From: Candidatus Latescibacterota bacterium
GTDB lineage: Bacteria; Latescibacterota; UBA2968; GCA-2709665
Length of the DNA: 64,000 nt
Direction: 5' to 3'
Assembly: GCA_963667175.2 (NCBI GenBank)
Contig: CAXXXF010000006.1
Span: 1-64,000 of the forward strand
Part shown: in pieces, positions 10,329-20,427 of the stretch
Layout: each line of letters begins with the position of its first letter
Numbering within the stretch: position 1 is the first letter of the stretch
The notes under the pieces: generated by a model
Databases searched by the model: none
Seen by the model: only the letters and a program-made list of their open reading frames with translations
Told to the model about the DNA's origin: nothing
Position numbers and translations under genes: made by a program

Positions 10329-10472
10329 GCCTGACGGGTCCGAGCGACCTCGTTTCGGCAATGTGATCGAAACTCTCTATTACGAACTCCAGCCCGATCA
10401 TCACAACTTTCTATTGGGGCGCGTTACAGTCTCTGACCTATATCGATTCGGTTGCCATCGGGACCGGCAGCG
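10329..10472 (-). other. Degenerate attC-like site
   Basis: GCCTGAC-GGGTCC-GA-GCGACC ... GGTTGC-CA-TC-GGGACC-GGCAG. Confidence 0.45.
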
Positions 10473-10691
10473 AAATGGCACGAGAAACACAAAACATATC
10501 CGGCGCGAAACACAAGACCATGCCGTTTCGCTATCGAAGGGGCGGATGCCGGAAGCATTTCAGCGTCATAGTTGGTAGAGGTCGCCAAGACATTGTTCGT
10601 GGGCGACCCCCACAGGTGAAATCGGGTAAGGAGAAACAATCAAAGAAGGAATTCGAGGCGTGGCTGAGGCCGCGGTAGGCAGAGGAAGGGT

Positions 10692-10931
10692 TTACTCAAA
10701 GGCGTCTAATCTTGCTTCGTTTTTGGCAATACGTTCGCCGAAGGAATCCAGGCGGGCGTCAATTTTCTCGAAACGACTGTTCATATTGTCTTCGAGTCTG
10801 TCTATCCGCTGGGTGAGTCTATCTTCAAGTCTGGTGTTAAGTGTCCAAACAGTGCCCCACACTAGGCCTGTAAGGGCCACCAGAAAGGTGAGCATTTGGA
10901 AGTAATCATTTCTGAGAATTTTCTGCAACAT
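10692..10931 (-). CDS. Small membrane-anchored coiled-coil protein
   Basis: One hydrophobic helix then heptad RLED/RIDRLE repeats; GGGA RBS. Confidence 0.7.
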   Translation of the reverse strand: MLQKILRNDYFQMLTFLVALTGLVWGTVWTLNTRLEDRLTQRIDRLEDNMNSRFEKIDARLDSFGERIAKNEARLDAFE

Positions 10932-11094
10932 GGCATATTTCCCAGGTGCTATTTAATGAAAAAGTATACAGGTTTTCAAGTCTTGTCAAGGCCAAATAAA
11001 AAACTTGCGAGAGATTGACGTGTGGCTGAAGCGGCGGTAGGCGACTGATTTTAAGAGGGTTTTTTCTGCTGGGCTGCTTATGCCACATTTCTGG

Positions 11095-11267
11095 ATAATC
11101 TCCTTTTTCAGGATCACAAAACCAACCGGACTCCCATTCTCGAACGTCTTGCACATTCCCAATATGGAAGTGTAGAATGCGACGGATTTCTCAATATTGC
11201 TGCCTCGAATCCCGGGCGCCATACGCCCGAACTCGACTGAATCGGGGAAATTCGACGAATTGCCCAT
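11095..11267 (-). pseudogene. 5' fragment of VOC/glyoxalase gene
   Basis: NIEKSVAFYTSILG..FENGSPVGFVILKK, then breaks off. Confidence 0.7.
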
Positions 11268-11326
11268 GGGCTCTGTCTCCTTCGATGACCACACGTCCGG
11301 AACCGAGGCAGTGCTCGGATCGATGA

Positions 11327-11413
11327 TCAGGCTGAGTGCTTCGCCGCCAGATGACGAATCAGATGTCCCAGGTGCGTGTCACTGATGTGGACGAAATGCA
11401 GTGGATCGGCCAT
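11327..11413 (-). pseudogene. 5' fragment of metallophosphoesterase
   Basis: GGAGGA RBS then MADPLHFVHISDTHLG only. Confidence 0.7.
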
Positions 11414-11499
11414 GTCTTCCTCCATTACCGGTTGTTGGGATCCGTTGATCTGTCTATGCGGGCGCGCTACGATCCGGGCTACCGGAGATCGCCCCGGTC

Positions 11500-12564
11500 T
11501 CAGAGCGCTGCGGTCGTCTCGTTCAAAGACCGGAGCAGCCTTCGTACTTCGGTTCCGAATGAGGGTCCGCCGTTTCCGATGGCCTTTCGCGCATTCATTG
11601 TCCAGATGAGTTCCTGCACGGTGTAAAGGAGATGGACCGATTCCCACGACGGCCCGTCAAGTCCCCTCGTACGCAGGTACTCGCCCCAAAAAGCCTCTCT
11701 GAACGCCGAAAAATCGCTTCGATATCGCCAAAGCTCCCCTCCCCACTCACCGAAGTTGAACTCGAGGACCGGATTTCCGATACCCGCGTTTCCCCAATCC
11801 AGGATTCCGGTGACTTCCAGATCCACGTCTGATCGGACCAGAATCTGATCCTCGTGAATATCCCCATGAAGTACAACGTCCTCCATCGCGGCAAGCGCTC
11901 CAAATGCCCGCTGCCATTTTTCGTAACTCGCTGCGGAATTCAACGCTCCGAATTCCTCCGTGCTACCTTCGGCAGCCAATTCCCGGATCGACGACGCGAC
12001 CGAGTCCGGTGCGCTTCCCAGGGTACCCGATTCGAGCGCCCCGTAAAGCCATCGATACGAGTCGCCATGATCGCCGTCGACGTCGTGAGACTGTGGTTTC
12101 AGGAAGTCAGTTTCGGGACCCAATGGCAGGTTGTGCCAGACTCCGGCGAGTCGTCCGACGGCGCAAATCACATTTCCATAGTCGGTCGTACTGCACGCAT
12201 GTTCGATCCTCCCAAGCAGCACCCCCTGCAGTCGCGTGACAACGCCGAACCTATACGGGCTCATCTCGCGGTTTTCGACCGATTCGACAAGCCTGGGAAC
12301 CGGCAATCCGTTCAGTCCGTTCAACAGTTCATATACTGCAAGCTCTAAATCCAGCGAACGCTGGTACCTGGGATGCCGTGGAAACAGAAACGCGCGATCA
12401 CGGGACTTGATCACGTGCTTCGACCATCCGGTAAAATCGGTTTCAAGCTCACCGGGTGTCAGCCCGAACGCTTCACATAAACGATCGAGTTGAGGCTTGA
12501 TCAATACGGCTTCGAGTGCTTTAGAGTCTGCCACGATGCGGTGATCCCGGAAGATCAGCGTCAT
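11500..12564 (-). CDS. APH/choline-kinase-like phosphotransferase
   Basis: HGDIHEDQI and GILDWG motifs. Confidence 0.88.
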   Translation of the reverse strand: MTLIFRDHRIVADSKALEAVLIKPQLDRLCEAFGLTPGELETDFTGWSKHVIKSRDRAFLFPRHPRYQRSLDLELAVYELLNGLNGLPVPRLVESVENREMSPYRFGVVTRLQGVLLGRIEHACSTTDYGNVICAVGRLAGVWHNLPLGPETDFLKPQSHDVDGDHGDSYRWLYGALESGTLGSAPDSVASSIRELAAEGSTEEFGALNSAASYEKWQRAFGALAAMEDVVLHGDIHEDQILVRSDVDLEVTGILDWGNAGIGNPVLEFNFGEWGGELWRYRSDFSAFREAFWGEYLRTRGLDGPSWESVHLLYTVQELIWTMNARKAIGNGGPSFGTEVRRLLRSLNETTAAL

Positions 12565-12654
12565 AGATACCTTGCAGGTTCAGTTGATACAGTCGGCGAA
12601 TGTGCCAGGGTTTGACTCGTTCGGAGGGCATATCGGACCTGAACCGAGGGATAC

Positions 12655-12877
12655 TTAACCTTGATTCGTAGTTCTTCGGGAACGTTAATTCGAATAAACG
12701 CAGGTGAATAAAGGCGATTTGACGTCGGATTTCCACGAACCTTCAGGTCACTGGACGTGAACGGAATAAACATCCTTTCGGACGACCATTTCGGTCCGTT
12801 TCGCAGCGATACCCTTTGTGCCTTTTTGTGCTTTTTGTGGCGAATTTAGCGGTTGTCTTTTTTAGAATTGAGGTTAA
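12655..12877. mobile_element. MITE copy 2 (long variant with TTTGTGC tract)
   Basis: Same TIRs and core as copy 1. Confidence 0.85.
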
Positions 12878-12880
12878 TCT

Positions 12881-13693
12881 TCACGTTTTGATCGCCGGTC
12901 CCCAATCGGCGGCGAAGTCGTTTGCCGAACTGTTGGATAGATTGACAAGGTTCCCGCCGTCAAGATCAATCCGGTAGATCTGTTGCCGGCCGTCTTCGTG
13001 GCCTGTAAAGACGATCTGTCGGCCGGTCGGAGACCATGAGAGTTCTCCTGCGCCCGTTACCTGATCAGTGAGGCGTCTGGGATCCGATCCGTCCGCTTTC
13101 ATGACGTAGATCTGCTTTTCACCGTCACGGTCCGATTTGAAGGCAATCCATCTTCCGTCCGGTGACCATGCAGGATCGGCGTCGTCGCTGTGCGAAACGT
13201 GCAGCCGTCGCTGCCCGCTTCCGTCCGGGTCCATCACGTAAATCTGCGAGCGTCCATCGCGGTCCGACGTGAAGGCGATCCGAGCGCCATCGGGAGAAAA
13301 GGTCGATTCCAGCTCGCACGCCGGATGATTCGTCAGGTTCCTCTGATTGGAACCATCGCGGTTCATTGCGTAGATCTCGACGTTGTCGCCGCGATCGGTG
13401 GTGAAGATGATCGTCTGCCCATCCGGCGACCAGTGCGGACGAAGATCCGGCGCCGCATTCCGGGTCAGTCGCTCCGGCCGGCTCCCATCCGCGTCGATCA
13501 CGTAGATTTCCCCTTTCCCGTGACGCCTGTCGCAGTACACGATCCGCGTGCCGTCGGGCGACCATCGCGGATGATCTTCCTCCCAGTCCGCGGTCCGGGT
13601 GATATTTGTCTGATTGCTTCCGTCCTCGTCCATGACGAAGAGATCGAACGTACCATCCCGATCGCTGACAAACGTGATCTTCGAAGAATTCAT
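12881..13693 (-). CDS. TolB-like PD40 repeat beta-propeller protein
   Basis: Repeated WSPDG..I.F.S.RDG. Confidence 0.92.
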   Translation of the reverse strand: MNSSKITFVSDRDGTFDLFVMDEDGSNQTNITRTADWEEDHPRWSPDGTRIVYCDRRHGKGEIYVIDADGSRPERLTRNAAPDLRPHWSPDGQTIIFTTDRGDNVEIYAMNRDGSNQRNLTNHPACELESTFSPDGARIAFTSDRDGRSQIYVMDPDGSGQRRLHVSHSDDADPAWSPDGRWIAFKSDRDGEKQIYVMKADGSDPRRLTDQVTGAGELSWSPTGRQIVFTGHEDGRQQIYRIDLDGGNLVNLSNSSANDFAADWGPAIKT

Positions 13694-13771
13694 GGCGGCG
13701 CCCACGTCGACTGGTTGGGTTTTGGGTTCAAGCTGATTAGTGAACGCTGATAGTTGCTCTTGCTCCGCTTC

Positions 13772-14010
13772 CTCCCCCTCTCCCCCTGGGAGAGGGGGTT
13801 GGGGGGAGAGGTCGCGAAAAGGCGGTGAGACGTAAGCCGTGTGACGGTAGATGAAAGACCTGAAAACGGTGAGACGTAAGCCGTTAGACGGTAGAGGATT
13901 ACGTTACCACAATGTTTTCACGTTAACCGTGCCTGTTTTTTTTCTGTTATTGTAACGACAAGAAAAACCATTGGGCATTCATTTCCTCTCCCCTCTTACG
14001 TCTCCGCTCT
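13772..14010. repeat. Short-repeat cluster: CCCTCTCCC palindrome plus GAGACGTAAG repeats with an inverted copy
   Basis: CGGTGAGACGTAAGCCGT twice; CTTACGTCTC at ~13995. Confidence 0.7.
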
Positions 14011-14048
14011 TCCACCGGGCGCGAGGGCATACTGCCCTCGAAAGCAAG

Positions 14049-14729
14049 CTATCCTTCATGTTTCCTCAGGACGAGAAGCTCATCTTCCTGGGCCGCCTCC
14101 AGGGTAAAGTCGAACCGGTCCGCGTCCAGACACATTTCAACGTCTCGGGGATTTATGCCCGGGTAGCCCTCTGCCGCTGCCTGACGAATATCGTCCGCAG
14201 CACCGGACTCGGCGGCTCTCCGTATATACGAGGCTGGACCGGTCCGCGGGTCTCGAATGAGCGCATCGATGTATTGGGCGCACGCCAGGTCCTCTTCAGC
14301 CGTCCCGTCCTCTCCGGTCACGACATAGGTCAACTCCTTCGGCGCCAGTTCGCGCAACCTGCGAGCGACAGCCGATGCGCAAACGAAACCTGTGCAGATC
14401 AGCGGCTTGCAGTGGCGCACGGCAACCGCGCCTATTGTGCCGGCAGTCGTACGTTGGACGATGGTTTTCCCGCGAATGTCCGCTTCCTGCAAGTCCGCGG
14501 GTGAATTATATAAATCAAATCCCTCTGCCGGCGCGCCGTCCTTCAACGCCAGGGATCCAGGAATCCGCGCCTTGATTTCAAGAGCTTCCTCGAGGTCATC
14601 AACCAGAATCATCCTTGACGCGCCCTTGTGCAAGGCCCATGCGGCAACGGTATACGCTCGCATCACGTCGATAACAACTGCTGCGCCGAAGACAGACTCA
14701 CATTCTCCGATGCTTAAAAATTTCGCCAT
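14049..14729 (-). CDS. 2-phosphosulfolactate phosphatase family (ComB-like)
   Basis: VVIDVMRA, NSP, RTTAGT and EEDLACA motifs. Confidence 0.88.
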   Translation of the reverse strand: MAKFLSIGECESVFGAAVVIDVMRAYTVAAWALHKGASRMILVDDLEEALEIKARIPGSLALKDGAPAEGFDLYNSPADLQEADIRGKTIVQRTTAGTIGAVAVRHCKPLICTGFVCASAVARRLRELAPKELTYVVTGEDGTAEEDLACAQYIDALIRDPRTGPASYIRRAAESGAADDIRQAAAEGYPGINPRDVEMCLDADRFDFTLEAAQEDELLVLRKHEG

Positions 14730-14765
14730 GAAATCATCTCCTCACTGCGTATACGCGTTGGCACA

Positions 14766-15046
14766 GGATAACCGGTGTCGAGCCTGAAGTCATAGATAGC
14801 CTCGATTCGTCATTTTTCGGAAACGTAAATTCGAATATACGCAAGAAAATAAAGGCGATTTGACGTCGGATTTCCAAGAACCTTCAGGTCACTGGACGTG
14901 AACGGAGAAAACATCACTTTGGACGACTTCTACGCCCCGTTTGGCGCCGATACCCTTTGTGCCTTTTGTGCTTTTTGTGGCTGATTTTACGGTTATCTTT
15001 TTTCGAATTGAGGATAGTTGTAGTGCCAGTGTTGAGCCGGCTTGTA
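14766..15046 (-). other. attC-like site split by MITE
   Basis: Left arm ATAAC-CGGT-G-TCGA-GC-CTG pairs with right arm CAG-TG-TTGA-GCCGG-CTTGT across the MITE. Confidence 0.5.
14797..15016. mobile_element. MITE copy 3 (long variant)
   Basis: TAGCCTCGATTCG...CGAATTGAGGATA. Confidence 0.85.
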
Positions 15047-15051
15047 AGTTC

Positions 15052-15861
15052 CTAAGAATAACTGAACTCCGGATAGGGGTTCTCGGAGAGCTTCACTCCC
15101 CCGATCCAGGTCACATGGTGTGTGGTCTCGATCTCACCGGACGAGGTGGTATTGCGTTCAGCGAACAGCTTCAGGCGAGGGTCATCATAGCGCGGAAGGG
15201 ATCCCCCGCCCCATGCCCAGATGGAACATTGGAACTGAAGCCATTCGTAGATATCCGGATAGATCCTTTTCTCGATGACGTCGGCTGCGAAACGAATCCC
15301 TACACCGCTCCTTTCCATAGAGACGCGCATCTGATCCTGAACGGTGATCGTCTGGGATAGCCGCGTGCCATCATCGAAAACGTCCTTCGCCTCCTGATGG
15401 TGCAACTCACCAATCAGTTCACAGAAGATGAGACCGCCGGGCTTCAGGACACGCAGTGCGGCCTGTACACCGTAGGTGTCGTACCCAATGGGCGCGCGTT
15501 CGGAATAAACGAAGTCGAACGATTCCGGCTCCAGGGAGTCGCTCTCTGCAAGGAAATCGAGACGCCTGAATTCAACGTTCGGCGCATCACTTTTTCTCAG
15601 GGCGTTCTCGGCCAGTTCTAGGTGTTTGGGGTCGTTTTCGACACCGAGAGCCGAGTCAAAGCGAACGGCATTCTGGAGTAGCGTTCCGCCGTTCCCGCAT
15701 CCAATGTCCAGCACCCGCATCTCCGGGCGAAATTGCGAAGCGACAATTTCCGTTGCCCGGGGCGCAATGTTTCCATCGGTCCGGTATTTCGCCGGGCGCG
15801 AGCCGTAGTAGGAGTGTTCCTGACCTAAAATTGACTTCAGGCGTTTTTCGTCGAGATCCAC
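15052..15861 (-). CDS. Class I SAM-dependent methyltransferase
   Basis: VLDIGCGNG and RVLKPGG motifs. Confidence 0.9.
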   Translation of the reverse strand: MDLDEKRLKSILGQEHSYYGSRPAKYRTDGNIAPRATEIVASQFRPEMRVLDIGCGNGGTLLQNAVRFDSALGVENDPKHLELAENALRKSDAPNVEFRRLDFLAESDSLEPESFDFVYSERAPIGYDTYGVQAALRVLKPGGLIFCELIGELHHQEAKDVFDDGTRLSQTITVQDQMRVSMERSGVGIRFAADVIEKRIYPDIYEWLQFQCSIWAWGGGSLPRYDDPRLKLFAERNTTSSGEIETTHHVTWIGGVKLSENPYPEFSYS

Positions 15862-15918
15862 AGGCAGGACCTCCCGCTATTAAGGGGAGCACTGATGCGG
15901 GATGCCTTCGATCCTTAG

Positions 15919-16392
15919 TCAGGCCGATATCAGGTCAAGGGCGAAGTGAACCTCATCGCCAAATGGACCCTCGTGCCGGTGTGTGATATGAAAGCCGGAT
16001 TTCTTGTAGAACTCGATTGCATTGGACCACGTAGAATTCGTCTCGAGGATTATGCGTTTGAATCCCAGTTCTTTAGCCTCCTGACAAAGCCTCTCCAGTA
16101 TTTTCGCGCCGATTCCTGTTCTACGCAACTCCGGCGCCACGCACATCCTGACTATCTCTGCTATCTGGTCTGACCTTGGGACGAGTGCACCCGAACCAAT
16201 GACTCTGCCATCAAGCCAGGCTACCAGGAACGTGGCGTCGATGTAGCTGGCACTGATGTCGCACAAATCCAGATTCAATTTCGGGTCGATTTCTCCCCAG
16301 TGTTCTGCAAGTCCTGCCAGAATCAGACTACGGACAACGTCTTGATTCTCGCGCTCAAACGGCTTAATCAGAATTTTCCCGGCATCCGCCAC
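15919..16392 (-). CDS. GNAT acetyltransferase
   Basis: VAPELRRTGIG and AIEFYKKSGF motifs. Confidence 0.9.
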   Translation of the reverse strand: MADAGKILIKPFERENQDVVRSLILAGLAEHWGEIDPKLNLDLCDISASYIDATFLVAWLDGRVIGSGALVPRSDQIAEIVRMCVAPELRRTGIGAKILERLCQEAKELGFKRIILETNSTWSNAIEFYKKSGFHITHRHEGPFGDEVHFALDLISA

Positions 16393-16581
16393 TTTTTGAG
16401 ACTATCCTTTCCTTTGTTGGCAAGCTACAGGATGTGCTCTGATCTCTTTACCACGTTATTTATAGTCTATCGGTTTGGGAAACCGGAGTCCGGCCGCTGA
16501 GACGGTGCTCTGAGCCTGTGATCCCTTAGCATGTCGAAGGATGCCCCTGGATGGTCCGAGGGCCGGTCGAACAGGACTCAG

Positions 16582-17244
16582 CTACACCCGTTCGTTTCTG
16601 ACGGCAAAGAAAAACGGATGGACCTCTTCCGCAGTATCGGCACTTGTAAGCCCGGCGCCCACGACACCATCCTGTTCAATCTCAAATCCGGTCTCAGCGA
16701 GGATTTTCTTGTAAGTTCCCGGGCCGAAATTGCTCCAGTACATCGTCTCGCCGAAGAAGTCATCCTCAGTGTACCCCGGCCCGTCGTCATTCCTTGCGAC
16801 CGTAATCAAGAGAAGTCCGCCGGGACGAAGCCACCGGGTAAATCGACGGAATAGATCGAAATGCTCCTGCCTTGGAATATGGAAGATGGCGTAGAAACTG
16901 ACAATTGCATCGAAGCCGGCTGCGGGAAATTCAGCCTCCATCACGTCGGCGGTGAGGAATCTGCCCGAAGGGACGCTTTTCCCGGCCAGAGCGATCATGC
17001 TTGAAGAGACGTCGATCCCCGTGACGTCAAACCTCGTCGCAAGGTGGCGCGCGACCGGTACGCCGGCGCCGCAGCCGACGTCAAGGATCCTTGAACCAGG
17101 CTTCAGACGTTCAGAGATCAAATTGAGCTCCGCCTCGGCCGTGGTGCGCCGCTGCTCCGCGTAGTCATTCGCGCACCGGTCGTAGGCCGCCCTCACGAGC
17201 TCTCGATAATCGACGTCGGGGTCGTCAGCAATCTTGAACGGCAT
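16582..17244 (-). CDS. Class I SAM-dependent methyltransferase
   Basis: ILDVGCGAG and WLRPGG motifs. Confidence 0.9.
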   Translation of the reverse strand: MPFKIADDPDVDYRELVRAAYDRCANDYAEQRRTTAEAELNLISERLKPGSRILDVGCGAGVPVARHLATRFDVTGIDVSSSMIALAGKSVPSGRFLTADVMEAEFPAAGFDAIVSFYAIFHIPRQEHFDLFRRFTRWLRPGGLLLITVARNDDGPGYTEDDFFGETMYWSNFGPGTYKKILAETGFEIEQDGVVGAGLTSADTAEEVHPFFFAVRNERV

Positions 17245-17272
17245 GATACCACTCTCCTGGATGGGGTCAGCC

Positions 17273-17353
17273 TTTCAACGGGTTTTCACGAATTGATGGA
17301 TCCGCTCCCCCGGAATACCCTACAATATACACAGAAAACCGGCGGTCGTGTTC
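17273..17353 (-). other. Degenerate attC-like site
   Basis: TTTCAAC-GGGTTTTC...GAAAACC-GG with inner ATTG/CAAT and TCCG/CGGA stems. Confidence 0.45.
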
Positions 17354-17362
17354 TTATCCCCA

Positions 17363-19732
17363 TTATTCTTCCCGAAGGGCGTTTGCGGGATTCATCAGGG
17401 AAGTCACGTAGACCTGTCCTCCGGCAATCAGGATGGTGATCGACGTCGTCAACAGGGTGGCATAGACAAACACATCCGCGCCAATCTCGATACGATAGGC
17501 GAATCCCTGAAGCCACCCTGTCAGAACATAGTAGGCAACAGGCCAGGCTGCCAGACCTCCAATAATACCCATGATTGCAAATTTGCGCACGTACCGCGCC
17601 GCCACCCGCCATTCCGATGCCCCCAGGACTTTCCGGATACCAATATCCTTTGTCGTCTGTTCAACCATCAGCCTGACAAAACCCAGCAGGCCGAGACCCG
17701 ACAGGAACAGGACAAGAAAGACACATATCGTCACAATTTGACGTAAGGACCGTTCGTTCTTGTACAATCGTTCGATTCTATCGACCAGAAAGCCGCTGTT
17801 TGTCGGAAAGGCAGTCCGAGGCGCAACTTTCGACCATGTCCGATGAATCCACTCGATGGCATCGTCTACACCGTCCGGATGGATTTTCGCCAGTATACCG
17901 GAGCCGCTTTCTGTCAAAAAAATCCCAAGGGGTTCAATCGGGTTGTGGAGCGACATAAAGTGGTAATCTCTGACAACACCCACAACCGTCCTGCGTTGAC
18001 CCCACCAGCTGATCTCTTCCCCGATCGGCGCCTCCAACCCAAGGAGCCTGACGGCCGTTTCGTTAAGGAGGCAGGTGCGCTCAACTTCATGCAGAGTTGT
18101 GAAATTACGGCCTCGTCTGAGTTCAATGCCCAACGTCTGCAGATAGTCGCGGCTTGCCGCGAGGCTGCGAATGGAGACGCCGCCCGTAATGGAACGCCCC
18201 CTTGCAGTATAGCTCCTCAGATTCGCGCCGGGGATGCCGCCCGATGCAACATTCAGAACGAAAGGTGATTTCTTCAGCTCCCGTTCGATCATGAGACGCT
18301 GAGACGCCGACAGCCCCGGCGTTGAAAAATAGAAGACCCCCTCCGGAGAATAACCGAGATTCTTTTTGTCAATATGGTCCATCTGCAGAAAGACAACTGC
18401 GGCACTTGACAGGAAAAACGTGGAAACCGCAACTTGCAGCAGCAACAGGATCTGCTGCAGCCACCTCGCAGTAACGAGATTCAACTGACCCTTTACGACC
18501 TGGGTCGGCTGTATCCCGGAAACCCAACGGGCAGGATATCCTCCGATACCGATTGCAATAATAGGGACAAGTGCAAGAAGCGTCACCAGAATGAATGAAA
18601 TCTGGCCGGTTGCTGAATACACCTCGTAAAATACGATGCCGTTCAAGTAAGGGAAGCAGAGGTAAGCAATTCCGACACCGGCCAGTACCGCCAATGAAGA
18701 TATCGCAAACGACTCCACCAGAATCTGGAAGACCAGTTCGGACCGCTTTGCCCCGATGACCTTTCTGAATCCGAATTCCCTGGCGCGCGACAGATATGCT
18801 GCCGCATTGAGATTGAAGACATTCAGACATGCACTGATCAATACGAGAACGGCTGCAATCAGGAAGCCGTAGACATAGGCAGATTGGCGGAGCATTGCAT
18901 TCGCTGAGAACTGTTGATTTGCCGGCGACTCGAGATGGAGATCAGTTAACGATTGAAGAGAAAGTTGGAACCGTTTTGCGTCTTTCCGTCCATAAAACCT
19001 CTGAATGAAGTCGCGCTCCTGAACTTCGAAATTCTCATTGGTGTAGCCTTTCGCCAGCAGCACGTACGTATAGACGGACATCCAGCCCTTTGAATCCAGA
19101 TAGTTCGGGAGGTGGTTCGTTACCGTATTGATCGAGAACAGGTAATCGAATGAAAGATGTGAATTCCGGGGAATGTCCCTTAAGACCCCGGTTACCGTCA
19201 GGTAATACGCTTTGCCCTTGAATTCACCCGCTTTAACGACCTTATGCATGGGATCTTCATCCCCGAACAACTTTCCGGCCAGGGACTCCGTAATCACGAT
19301 TGAATTGGGTTTCTCAAGGGCAATTTGGGGGTCTCCTTCGACAAGTGGAAACGTGAATAGATCGAAGACATTGGCATCAACGCAGTAACCCGACGCGCGG
19401 TACTGACGCTCCTGGTATTGAATGACTCTGTTGAATCTGAAAAACCGTACGTAATCGAGAATATACGGGTAGTCGCCCGCGAGACGCGGCCCCATGAACC
19501 AGGCAGATTGTTGCCAGATACGTTCACCGTTTTCGAATTGCTGGCGTACGGTCAGGCGGTATATTCGTTCGGCATTTTCGTGAAATCGATCATAGCTGAA
19601 TTCGTGCCGGACATAGACGGCAATCATCAACGTCGCAGCAACACCGATCGCCAGGCACATCACGATTGTCGCGGAAATGAATTTGCGCCCCATTAGATGG
19701 CGCGCAGCGATGACGAGATGGTGTTTCAACAA
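17363..19732 (-). CDS. ABC transporter permease (MacB/FtsX-like), no cognate ATPase nearby
   Basis: SYDRFHENAERIYR, RKVIGA and IGIRKVLGAS; two FtsX halves. Confidence 0.92.
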   Translation of the reverse strand: MLKHHLVIAARHLMGRKFISATIVMCLAIGVAATLMIAVYVRHEFSYDRFHENAERIYRLTVRQQFENGERIWQQSAWFMGPRLAGDYPYILDYVRFFRFNRVIQYQERQYRASGYCVDANVFDLFTFPLVEGDPQIALEKPNSIVITESLAGKLFGDEDPMHKVVKAGEFKGKAYYLTVTGVLRDIPRNSHLSFDYLFSINTVTNHLPNYLDSKGWMSVYTYVLLAKGYTNENFEVQERDFIQRFYGRKDAKRFQLSLQSLTDLHLESPANQQFSANAMLRQSAYVYGFLIAAVLVLISACLNVFNLNAAAYLSRAREFGFRKVIGAKRSELVFQILVESFAISSLAVLAGVGIAYLCFPYLNGIVFYEVYSATGQISFILVTLLALVPIIAIGIGGYPARWVSGIQPTQVVKGQLNLVTARWLQQILLLLQVAVSTFFLSSAAVVFLQMDHIDKKNLGYSPEGVFYFSTPGLSASQRLMIERELKKSPFVLNVASGGIPGANLRSYTARGRSITGGVSIRSLAASRDYLQTLGIELRRGRNFTTLHEVERTCLLNETAVRLLGLEAPIGEEISWWGQRRTVVGVVRDYHFMSLHNPIEPLGIFLTESGSGILAKIHPDGVDDAIEWIHRTWSKVAPRTAFPTNSGFLVDRIERLYKNERSLRQIVTICVFLVLFLSGLGLLGFVRLMVEQTTKDIGIRKVLGASEWRVAARYVRKFAIMGIIGGLAAWPVAYYVLTGWLQGFAYRIEIGADVFVYATLLTTSITILIAGGQVYVTSLMNPANALREE

Positions 19733-19959
19733 TTGGCGGTTCTTTCAACCGGGAGTGTACAGGGTTCTCATAGGCGCCACGGGTTTGCGTCCAGACGCGG
19801 AGACGTACTCGACGCCGCAGCGTGGATGGTGCAGTCAATCGCTCAACACGCTACCCATTCTGGTCTTGCGCAAGGGCACAGCCCTACGTGCCAATATAGG
19901 GTGAGACAACTCCCCCTTCGAGATTAATGTCGTATCATGGGCGGAGAGGAGAACAAGAG

Positions 19960-20427
19960 ATGAGGTCAAGGACCGATGTTGTAGGCAACGGCAGCAAGGG
20001 GTCTCTGGTTGTGGAGGTCCCGCGCGGGACCTCCACAACCACGAGGCCGAATCCGGAAGTGCCGGCGCGTGCGCGGCGTCGCCGTTTCACGGCAAAGTAC
20101 AAGCTTCGCATCTTGGAAGAGGCCGATGCGTGCCGTGCCCCTGGTGAAGTCGGCGCGCTGCTGCGCCGCGAGGGTCTGTATTCCTCGCAGTTGACGCAGT
20201 GGCGTCGTGCGCGTCGCGAGGGGTCGCTCAAGGCGCTGTCGAAGCTGCGGGGACCCAAGGGACATCGCCGCGACGAGGTGGCCGTCGAGAACGAGCAACT
20301 GCGCAAGGAGATCGCCCGTTTGCGACGACGATTGGAACAGGCGAACACGATCCTCGAGATCCAAAAAAAAGCCTCCGAGATCCTGGGCGTCCCCCTGAAT
20401 CCGCCAGCAGGCGACGACGACGTATGA
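19960..20427 (+). CDS. IS3 transposase OrfA
   Basis: RRRFTAKYKLRIL and LLRREGLYSSQLTQWR HTH, coiled coil. Confidence 0.92.
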   Translation: MRSRTDVVGNGSKGSLVVEVPRGTSTTTRPNPEVPARARRRRFTAKYKLRILEEADACRAPGEVGALLRREGLYSSQLTQWRRARREGSLKALSKLRGPKGHRRDEVAVENEQLRKEIARLRRRLEQANTILEIQKKASEILGVPLNPPAGDDDV

